Positions 1 through 5,215 of a stretch of 6,370 nucleotides of DNA are shown piece after piece. The position numbers and the translations under genes were made by a program. Every line of letters starts with the position of its first letter. Positions within the stretch are counted from its first letter, which is position 1. The notes under the pieces are model-generated. The model saw nothing but the letters and a program-made list of their open reading frames with translations. It ran no database searches and had not been told where the DNA came from. The DNA lies in the IMG/VR virus record IMGVR_UViG_2778261687_000002, positions 1 to 6,370 of that record. One strand, 5' to 3'. This DNA is from a virus (taxonomy: Duplodnaviria; Heunggongvirae; Uroviricota; Caudoviricetes).

Positions 1-77
1 TGTTTTTGTCATGTGAGTCACCTCTGACTGAGAGTTTACTCACTTAGCCGCGTGTCCACTATTGCTGGGTAAGATCA
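1..77 (-). mobile_element. IS3-type insertion sequence, left end only (terminal inverted repeat, leader, first four codons of orfA); the element continues beyond the window start
   Basis: Reverse complement of 1..77 reads TGATCTTACCCAGCAATAGTGGACACGCGGCTAAGTGAGTAAACTCTCAGTCAGAGGTGACTCACATGACAAAAACA, which I recognise from memory as the IS3 left terminus (TG...CA-type end), followed by a GAGGTGA ribosome-binding site and ATG ACA AAA ACA (MTKT, the OrfA/InsE start) at 12..1 on the minus strand. Not verified by search. Confidence 0.75.
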
Positions 78-410
78 TGGATCGTACTTTAGGATATTTG
101 GGAAGTAGAATTGCTGTGAGCCATATGCGTCATACACAGCCATTGAATGACCTTCAACAGTTACAAATTTCGCAATTTGCCCGTTGTATACTGGATACCC
201 TCCAGCATTGATAACGATAGGCTGTGCAACAGGTATGTGCGTTCCATTTTCGTTTTCCAGATAAACCTGAATCTGGTTTTCAGGATTTACCGGGTCCGTG
301 TCAATTTTACCGATATAAATTTTGCCATTGGCTACGGCTTTAAAAGAACGAGCCATAGTGAAGAGTTGCGAAGGCATGCTTACTACAACATTAGCTGTAA
401 TGTCTGTCAT
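75..410 (-). pseudogene. P22-like tailspike, N-terminal head-binding domain only (111 aa), truncated by the IS3 end
   Basis: Translation [42 protein letters not shown]...LKYDP closely matches the P22 gp9 head-binding domain as I recall it. GGAG lies 8 nt upstream of the ATG at 410. The TGA stop at 77..75 is formed by the first three bases of the IS3 terminus. A full tailspike is about 650-700 aa. Confidence 0.85.
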
Positions 411-468
411 TTAATTTGCTCCAGATACAAGGAATCACCGAAGCATGGCTACGGTGAATTTTGGGCAT

Positions 469-491
469 AAAAAAACCCAGCCGAAGCTGGG
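469..491 (-). terminator. Rho-independent terminator (minus strand) upstream of the tailspike start
   Basis: Minus strand reads CCCAGC-TTCG-GCTGGG followed by TTTTTTT: a 6-7 bp GC-rich stem, tetraloop and U-tract. Plus-strand stem is 476..491 with the A-run at 469..475. Confidence 0.6.
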
Positions 492-543
492 TCGTTGCGT
501 TGGTTATCTGTCAGTAGTTATGTACTGGCTGAAGGATTTGTAC

Positions 544-574
544 AAAAAAACCACCTGACGGTGGGTTAATTTTT
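544..574 (-). terminator. Second hairpin terminator, mainly minus-strand, possibly bidirectional
   Basis: Stem CCACC (551..555), loop TGAC, stem GGTGG (560..564). Flanked by AAAAAAA (544..550), which gives a 7-U tract on the minus strand, and by GTTAATTTTT on the plus strand. The stem is short (5 bp). Confidence 0.45.
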
Positions 575-592
575 GCATTTACCTGGGCCATA

Positions 593-621
593 TTGACTAC
601 TTATAAAATGAGATCAATATT
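593..621 (+). promoter_or_regulatory. Candidate sigma70 promoter for the YjzC-like gene
   Basis: TTGACT at 593..598, a 17 nt spacer, then AATATT at 616..621 (4/6 match to TATAAT), about 35 nt upstream of the ATG at 658. Pattern match only. Confidence 0.25.
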
Positions 622-657
622 TAATCGCCCAATAACGGGTGTATGTTGAGGTATATC

Positions 658-837
658 ATGGCGAAAAAACCAGGTGAAAACACAGGAAAAAACGGCGGAA
701 TATACCAAGAAGTTGGCCCACGCGGCGGTAAGAAAGACAATTTTGCCACCGTCAAGGACAACGAAAGGCTTCCACCAACAACAAAGCCAGGTCATGGCTG
801 GGTATTGGATAAGCGAACTCCAGACAGCAAAAAGTAA
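658..837 (+). CDS. YjzC-like small protein (59 aa), accessory gene
   Basis: MAKKPGENTGKNGGIYQEVGPRGGKKDNFATVKDNERLPPTTKPGHGWVLDKRTPDSKK fits the YjzC-like small-protein pattern as I recall it (KPGE..G.Y.EVGPRGG...TV.....LPPT.KPG..W). GAGGT lies 5 nt upstream of the ATG at 658. The ORF-track start at 643 has no ribosome-binding site. A terminator follows directly. Confidence 0.7.
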   Translation: MAKKPGENTGKNGGIYQEVGPRGGKKDNFATVKDNERLPPTTKPGHGWVLDKRTPDSKK

Positions 838-843
838 TAATCA

Positions 844-866
844 AGCCGGTTCACTCCGGCTTTTTG
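844..866 (+). terminator. Rho-independent terminator of the YjzC-like gene
   Basis: AGCCGG-TTCACT-CCGGCT followed by TTTT, starting 7 nt after the TAA stop. It overlaps the last four codons of the convergent minus-strand gene. Confidence 0.55.
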
Positions 867-1216
867 ATATGTCGCTCGCAGAACTCAACAAGCCTGCTCA
901 TTAAGTAGCAGTAAGTCTCGTTGGCTCTTCCTGGTTCAACATCAACACCTACCCTTGAGCAGATATCGAATGCCATGTGAGCGCACTCATGGGCAATAGT
1001 AGATAGTTTGCCATTGAACACGCCTATCACATGCAAAACACCATTCTCGCTACTCATTGTATGAGACGCTCCGTTGGCGTCCGAGTCATGCACGTCAACG
1101 CCAAGTTTTTGATGCAGGCGTTGCCATTCTGGAAAGTCTCTACAAAACACAATTGTACCGCTCTCAAAGAGCGGAACGAGCATCTTTGGTACGTTTCCAA
1201 TGTTAACTTTTTTCAT
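851..1216 (-). CDS. HExxH zinc-metallopeptidase-like protein (121 aa), ImmA/IrrE- or SprT-like by motif only
   Basis: Intact 121-codon ORF containing [15 protein letters not shown], a hydrophobic-xx-HExxH-hydrophobic zincin motif, with downstream acidic residues ([10 protein letters not shown]). No strong ribosome-binding site (AGGA 4 nt before the ATG). Family assignment is from the motif alone. Confidence 0.55.
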   Translation of the reverse strand: MKKVNIGNVPKMLVPLFESGTIVFCRDFPEWQRLHQKLGVDVHDSDANGASHTMSSENGVLHVIGVFNGKLSTIAHECAHMAFDICSRVGVDVEPGRANETYCYLMSRLVEFCERHIKKPE

Positions 1217-1246
1217 GGTATCCTGCGCAAAACTAAGGAGGTTGGT

Positions 1247-1741
1247 GTGTCTGATTCTATGAGTTACGCTGTGCTAGTTGCCGCAACTCTATTTATGGGG
1301 ATAGGGTTGCAGATTGCGTGGTTCTTTTTTTCTAGTTTTATTAAACGCAAAAGAATTGAATCAAGGATATCTGAGATTTCTATTGCTATAGGGAAAAATG
1401 CTGAAAATCCAGAGAATGAGGCCTGCGCACTGAATTACCTTAAAGAAAAGTTTTCCCCTGAAAAATTTGAAAATAGAATTACTGATGCTCTTGGATTGGT
1501 AATATCAGTAATTCATATGCCACTAAGTTTGCTGATAACAGTGTGGTACTTCGCCATGATCGCCGGAAGAATATTTGGTTTCATGAATATAGAGCCTGTA
1601 GTTCTTTGGGTTCCAATGATACTGCAACTGTTGTTAAGCGTTGCTATCTTTATTTTTTCTGTTTTTATAAAAATTGTCTTTGGAAGATACCCCGGAGAAG
1701 CTAAGGGATTTAATAAAGAATTCATAAAAACTATAAAATAA
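1247..1741 (+). CDS. AT-rich small inner-membrane protein (about 164 aa, three predicted transmembrane helices), in the sieA-equivalent position
   Basis: Strong ribosome-binding site TAAGGAGG at 1234..1241, 5 nt before an in-frame GTG at 1247 (the ATG at 1259 is an alternative start). Hydrophobic segments [45 protein letters not shown] and [31 protein letters not shown] content is visibly lower (about 35%) than the flanks. The ORF-track N-terminal extension from 1031 lies upstream of the ribosome-binding site and overlaps the HExxH gene. Confidence 0.7.
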   Translation: MSDSMSYAVLVAATLFMGIGLQIAWFFFSSFIKRKRIESRISEISIAIGKNAENPENEACALNYLKEKFSPEKFENRITDALGLVISVIHMPLSLLITVWYFAMIAGRIFGFMNIEPVVLWVPMILQLLLSVAIFIFSVFIKIVFGRYPGEAKGFNKEFIKTIK

Positions 1742-1763
1742 ATGCCGTCCTTGGCTTACAGTG

Positions 1764-2912
1764 CTACTGCCGGGTCGCTTCGTTAGCTAAGAGCGGGCGC
1801 ACGGCAGTAGCAGCCTGATTTAGCGCTCTTTCATAAGCTGGCGTTCCAGCTTTAGTGTTTGCCAGACGTAAGAGCGCATTCCTTGCTGCTTTGGACTCAT
1901 ACAAACGCATCATTGCACCAAAACCAGCCTCAAGCCCCATTGATACTCCAAGAGTCGCAGTTGCGCCAATCGTCCTTATCCTGTTGGCTTGTGATTGCCC
2001 CGTCTGAGTTACTACATTTGCGGTGTCTGACCTTGCTGTTTGCTGTAGAACTTCATGAAGAGCATCAAGCTCTTTCATGTGCTTTCCAGAAAAAATAGTG
2101 TTGTAAATTTCACCGCCTGACTGAGATTTAAGCTTATTAACTTCAGTGATGAACTTGGCTGGAGAGTCACCGGCCTTTTCCGCTATTTTGCTGACGTAAG
2201 CTGCACGCATAGCATCTTTCCCTTTATCATCCAATGCGCTCCAGATTCGTTTCACGTCAGATGGTTTTCTGCTTAATACAACGGTATTTATAAGTTCAGG
2301 ACTGGCTTCACTGCTTGCCTTGTTGAGCTTGTTAGCAATGTTTTTATTAAGCACCTTATTATAAACGTTTGCATAATCGGAGTTTGCTTTAAGGTATTTT
2401 GCTGCGTCTGATGCACCAAGGTTTTTTGCAACTGCGTTACGAAGATCTTTTGACATTGCATTCTCTACCATATTGGTAGCTGCTTTTGCCTGGTTTGGGA
2501 AGACCATAGCATCTCCCTGAACATTAGATCTAAATGCTGTTCTGTGCTGACGCAAGAGATCAAACGTAACATCCAAATCAGTTGCAGGGTTTGCTAATTC
2601 TTCGCGTAGGTTACGCAAGGATGTAAGCAGACTTTGATTGGCAGACGTCCCAAGCCGTTCCTGTCTTGCGATCGCTGTATTCAGAGCATTCATGGTATTT
2701 GTGGTATCAACTGCGGCATTACCCATTTTATTGGTGACGTCATTGATAACAGCGCCAGCGGCATCCTTCCGCCCCCTTAACGTGGTGGTCAGAGATTTCA
2801 CCACATCATCAGGGTTGTACTCACCAAAACGGTCAAAATAATTGCTTACCAGCTTACTACGCGTTGCATATTGCTCCGCTCGCTTTGAGCCTGTCCCGAG
2901 CAAAGCCCCCTC
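1764..2912 (-). CDS. Phage virion/ejection-protein-like C-terminal region (Ala/Asn/Lys-rich; possibly P22 gp16-like by position), lacking its own start and fused in frame to the ninG fragment
   Basis: Long open frame with low-complexity, helical composition typical of phage injection or tail-associated proteins. No ATG with a ribosome-binding site; the ORF-track start at 2903 is a TTG inside a continuous frame that stays open up to 3143. The gp16-like assignment rests on synteny (next to the sieA-like gene and tailspike), not on recalled sequence identity. Confidence 0.45.
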   Translation of the reverse strand, partial: EGALLGTGSKRAEQYATRSKLVSNYFDRFGEYNPDDVVKSLTTTLRGRKDAAGAVINDVTNKMGNAAVDTTNTMNALNTAIARQERLGTSANQSLLTSLRNLREELANPATDLDVTFDLLRQHRTAFRSNVQGDAMVFPNQAKAATNMVENAMSKDLRNAVAKNLGASDAAKYLKANSDYANVYNKVLNKNIANKLNKASSEASPELINTVVLSRKPSDVKRIWSALDDKGKDAMRAAYVSKIAEKAGDSPAKFITEVNKLKSQSGGEIYNTIFSGKHMKELDALHEVLQQTARSDTANVVTQTGQSQANRIRTIGATATLGVSMGLEAGFGAMMRLYESKAARNALLRLANTKAGTPAYERALNQAATAVRPLLANEATRQ

Positions 2913-3107
2913 GGCATCCCACTGAGCAGACGTGAGCGTTCCGCACGAGATACATGGTAAGTCGCGGTCTCTTTCTCTGATGAAGGCGTTTACGGCTTGT
3001 TGGGCTTGTTTAATCCAGTAACTGCGGGGCTTTAAGGCGAGTTTTCGAATCTTAAGTTTATCTTTCTGTTTCTGCTCCTCTCGTCGCCGTTTCTTCTCTG
3101 CTGCTTT
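2913..3107 (-). pseudogene. ninG: ninG (Rap-like) internal fragment, in frame with the downstream virion-protein-like ORF
   Basis: The same minus-strand frame translates as [65 protein letters not shown], matching lambda NinG as I recall it. Homology stops at ...AQWDA (lambda continues GHYR...) and there is a TGA just upstream at 3146..3144. Both N- and C-terminal parts of NinG are missing. Confidence 0.6.
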
Positions 3108-3421
3108 TCCCGATAGAGCATGATGATTGAGTCTGCGTCCTGCTCAATGCTTCCTGAATCACGCAAATCTGCGTTTGTCGGGCGTTTGTTTGGTCGCTTC
3201 TCAACATCGCGCGAAAGCTGACTCAGGGAGATAACAGGCGTTTTCAGGTCTTTCGCCATCGCCTTCAGGCTTCCTGAGATGTGAGCAATTGCGAGGTCGT
3301 TGCGGTCTGCTTTCGGCTTCTCAATCAGGCCAAGATAATCCGCCATGATGAGTGACAGGTTTGGATTTTCCTGTTTGTGCCGTTCTGCGATTGAGCGTAT
3401 TTCTTCGACCGATACCCAATG
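3032..3421 (-). pseudogene. DnaB-family replicative helicase, C-terminal fragment (P22 gene 12 / lambda P-region type)
   Basis: Minus-strand frame reads ...[33 protein letters not shown]...[63 protein letters not shown], which is the DnaB C-terminal signature region. The N-terminal roughly 300 aa (Walker motifs) are absent. After LYRE the frame diverges into the ninG sequence read out of frame ([24 protein letters not shown], stop). The ORF-track start at 3346 is an internal Met. Confidence 0.7.
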
Positions 3422-3571
3422 TCCGATAGCTCCCTGTGTGCATCCAACTGCCTTAAGCCTGAAGAAATGTTTCCTGTAATGGAAGATGGGAAATATGTCG
3501 ATAAATGGGCAATACGAACGACGGCAATGATTGCCAGAGAACTTGGTAAACAGAATAACAAGGCTGCCTGA
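3419..3571 (+). CDS. Small plus-strand ORF (50 aa from the ATG at 3419; 34 aa from the ATG at 3467), possibly the 3' remnant of a truncated gene
   Basis: [50 protein letters not shown]. No convincing ribosome-binding site. The TGA stop (3569..3571) sits in the loop of the hairpin terminator that follows. Below the ORF-track size cut-off. Confidence 0.25.
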   Translation: MSDSSLCASNCLKPEEMFPVMEDGKYVDKWAIRTTAMIARELGKQNNKAA

Positions 3572-3589
3572 TGGTGGCCTTTATTTTTT
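3562..3589 (+). terminator. Candidate rho-independent terminator (plus strand)
   Basis: GGCTGCC-TGAT-GGTGGCC (7 bp stem with two G:U pairs) followed by TTTATTTTTT. Confidence 0.4.
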
Positions 3590-3630
3590 GGCCGTAAATA
3601 ATTTCATGCTTATTACAATCAAGGGGATAT

Positions 3631-3996
3631 ATGGAAGAACAAGCAAACAAGATTCTCGTAGAACTACTGCAAAAAGCCAGTAATGGAATAGACGCGGCTG
3701 TTTCATTTAGCCAGGCACAGATTCCTGATGTCATCCATCAGCTTTTGATGTGGCACGCCGTATCATCAGCTGGAATTCAGGCTATCTGTGTATTGGTGAT
3801 TATAGCGTGTGTTTATCTGATGATTTTTGCATGGAATAAAGGAGATGATGCGGATGTTGTTCTTTTATCGCTACTTGTAACATCAGGAATAGCGATTACT
3901 TCTATTGTTGTTTTCTTCAATTATTTCGACTGGCTGAAAATCTGGCTTGCTCCAAAACTTTACCTTATCGAATATGCAGCATCATTGGTTAAGTAA
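3631..3996 (+). CDS. Small membrane protein (121 aa, two predicted transmembrane helices), unknown function; superinfection-exclusion or holin-like candidate
   Basis: Ribosome-binding site AGGGG 4 nt before the ATG. Soluble N-terminal roughly 45 aa, then hydrophobic helices GIQAICVLVIIACVYLMIFAW and VVLLSLLVTSGIAITSIVVFFNYF. Followed by a clean terminator. Moderately AT-rich. Confidence 0.65.
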   Translation: MEEQANKILVELLQKASNGIDAAVSFSQAQIPDVIHQLLMWHAVSSAGIQAICVLVIIACVYLMIFAWNKGDDADVVLLSLLVTSGIAITSIVVFFNYFDWLKIWLAPKLYLIEYAASLVK

Positions 3997-4000
3997 TTTC

Positions 4001-4026
4001 AGGCCGCATAGTCGGCCTTCATTTTT
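4001..4026 (+). terminator. Rho-independent terminator of the 121-aa membrane protein gene
   Basis: AGGCCG-CATAGT-CGGCCT (6 bp stem) followed by TCATTTTT, starting 5 nt after the TAA stop. Confidence 0.6.
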
Positions 4027-4089
4027 GGCATAAACAACAGAATAAACACTGCACTGTGTATTCATTCCAACGAGTGAATATCTGAGGTT

Positions 4090-4293
4090 TTGAAACGCAC
4101 TGGCTATAGCAAGGCGTGGGTATATGCTCTGATGAGCCGAGGACAATTCCCTCAATCAGTCAAGATTGGTGCTCGCGCAATAGCTTTTATTGAAAGCGAG
4201 ATCGATGACTGGATCGATCAACGTATAGCCGAATCGCGTAGTAACAAAGAACAGAAACAAACCGGATACAAACAATACGTTATTAGGTATTAA
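4090..4293 (+). CDS. alpA: AlpA/Vis-family winged-helix DNA-binding protein (prophage regulatory protein / excisionase-like), apparently N-terminally shortened
   Basis: (ISEV)LKRTGYSKAWVYALMSRGQFPQSVKIGARAIAFIESEIDDWI matches the AlpA/P4 Vis pattern (..EV...TGLSRSTIY.L...G.FP.PVK.G.R.V.W...E...W). The only in-frame start after the TGA at 4075..4077 is the TTG at 4090; the usual leading residues of the family are missing. Confidence 0.6.
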   Translation: MKRTGYSKAWVYALMSRGQFPQSVKIGARAIAFIESEIDDWIDQRIAESRSNKEQKQTGYKQYVIRY

Positions 4294-4295
4294 GA

Positions 4296-4487
4296 ATGCA
4301 GTTGACCCCCACCAATCAAAAGCTGAACGTAACCCATGTTGATTTTGAGACCTTCGCGGAACTGATTAGATCAGATCCACAAAAGGTAAGCACCAGCACC
4401 TGGGTTTATGATGTGAAATCCACCAACGGTGGAAAAGCTATCGGCATTGTCTCTGGCGATGATTACTTAGTAATCGATCTGATTTAA
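4296..4487 (+). CDS. Hypothetical small protein (63 aa), translationally coupled to the alpA-like gene
   Basis: AGGT ribosome-binding site 7 nt before the ATG, which is 2 nt after the alpA-like stop. No recognisable motif. Confidence 0.5.
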   Translation: MQLTPTNQKLNVTHVDFETFAELIRSDPQKVSTSTWVYDVKSTNGGKAIGIVSGDDYLVIDLI

Positions 4488-4513
4488 TCACACAAAAATT
4501 GTAGAGTGATTTG

Positions 4514-4532
4514 GGAAGACAGGAAGTCTTCC
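4514..4532. promoter_or_regulatory. Perfect 7 bp inverted repeat with 5 nt spacer (GGAAGAC-AGGAA-GTCTTCC); candidate operator or weak terminator
   Basis: Seen directly in the intergenic region between the 63-aa ORF and the HTH gene, about 40 bp upstream of the ATG at 4570. No clean U-tract follows. Confidence 0.35.
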
Positions 4533-4569
4533 TCCGTATTGCATTTTGGTACAACAGTAAGGGAATAAA

Positions 4570-4764
4570 ATGATTAATTATCTGACCGCTAAAGACGCAG
4601 CAGAATATCTTGGTGTCTGTCTATCACGCTTCTATCAGTTAAAGCGATATATCCCCAGCTTTCCCCCCTATGTAAATCAGACCATCAATGGACGCAAGCG
4701 CAGAGTGTGGCTTGCCTCCAGCCTTGATCAATTTGCCGACAGATTTCTGGGGGGACGAAAATGA
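4570..4764 (+). CDS. Excisionase/AlpA-type helix-turn-helix (HTH_17-like) DNA-binding protein, 64 aa
   Basis: Ribosome-binding site AAGGGA 5 nt before the ATG. LTAKDAAEYLGVCLSRFYQLKR...GRKRRVWLASSLDQFADRF follows the Xis/AlpA winged-helix pattern (LT.keaAeyLGvs..t.Y.l......P.....G.r.rW....ld.w). Confidence 0.65.
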   Translation: MINYLTAKDAAEYLGVCLSRFYQLKRYIPSFPPYVNQTINGRKRRVWLASSLDQFADRFLGGRK

Positions 4765-5147
4765 GCACTCTTACACGTACTCAGGTCGCCGCAAATATAC
4801 GCGATAGCCTACTAAGTGGCAGGAAGCTTACCCCAAAGGAGTTTGATGACATATTAAGGAAAGCAGGAAATCACGAACGTAGTCGCGTTTTAACGCTGTT
4901 ACGCAACGATTGGGGAATTCCTGTTGAACAGTGTAAAACAGGGGCGTATCACGTCACAGAACGCAACTTAGAAGCATACCACAGCGATAAAGACGAAACA
5001 TTGAAGCTCTGGAGGACGAACGCCAGATATGTAAAGACATTGCGTAAGGTAAACATAACGTTGTCGTTGTTGCGTGGGCTGGTGGGCAAAGTGCCTGAAG
5101 ACACGCTTAGAACTATTTACAAGGGTATTGAAACCAAATACCTGTGA
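4761..5147 (+). CDS. Hypothetical protein (128 aa), translationally coupled (ATGA overlap) to the upstream HTH gene
   Basis: Start ATG overlaps the upstream stop (ATGA at 4761..4764). GGGGGA ribosome-binding site 5 nt upstream. No motif recognised. Confidence 0.6.
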   Translation: MSTLTRTQVAANIRDSLLSGRKLTPKEFDDILRKAGNHERSRVLTLLRNDWGIPVEQCKTGAYHVTERNLEAYHSDKDETLKLWRTNARYVKTLRKVNITLSLLRGLVGKVPEDTLRTIYKGIETKYL

Positions 5148-5159
5148 TTGACAAAGTAG

Positions 5160-5186
5160 AAAGCCGACTTTGCGAGAGTCGGCTTT
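5160..5186 (+). terminator. Strong hairpin (10 bp stem AAAGCCGACT / AGTCGGCTTT, 7 nt loop) just after the 128-aa ORF; candidate terminator, possibly bidirectional
   Basis: Perfect 10 bp stem seen directly. The U-tract is only 3 nt, contributed by the stem arm. A TTGACA hexamer at 5148..5153 immediately precedes it. Confidence 0.45.
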
Positions 5187-5215
5187 GAATCAATTGAAAT
5201 ATATGAATTTTACAC

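Noticed and set aside
147-470. 107-aa plus-strand ORF overlapping the tailspike fragment
   Set aside because: Antisense shadow of a confidently identified coding region; no ribosome-binding site and no recognisable motif.
601-904. ORFs 601..795 (minus) and 674..904 (plus) overlapping the YjzC-like gene
   Set aside because: Alternative frames of a region where the 658..837 frame has a family-level match, a ribosome-binding site and a terminator; no independent support.
1031-1246. N-terminal extension of the membrane protein ORF (ORF-track start at 1031)
   Set aside because: The strong TAAGGAGG ribosome-binding site lies at 1234..1241, so translation most likely starts at the GTG at 1247 or ATG at 1259; the extension overlaps the HExxH gene on the opposite strand.
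1763-1810. 10 bp inverted repeat (GCTACTGCCG ... CGGCAGTAGC) at the convergent gene junction as a terminator
   Set aside because: 28 nt loop, no U-tract, and it lies largely inside the 3' coding end of the minus-strand ORF.
1513-2841. Short ORFs 1513..1725 (minus), 1859..2098 (plus) and 2638..2841 (plus)
   Set aside because: Antisense or embedded ORFs within longer, better-supported coding frames; no ribosome-binding sites.
3422-3580. Upstream continuation of the helicase reading frame as genuine helicase N-terminal sequence
   Set aside because: The translation ([40 protein letters not shown]...) has none of the expected DnaB features; more likely an accidentally open frame antisense to a plus-strand remnant.
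3325-3734. Minus-strand ORFs 3325..3561 and 3453..3734
   Set aside because: Out of frame with the helicase fragment, no recognisable motifs, and the second runs antisense through the ribosome-binding site and start of the 3631 membrane gene.
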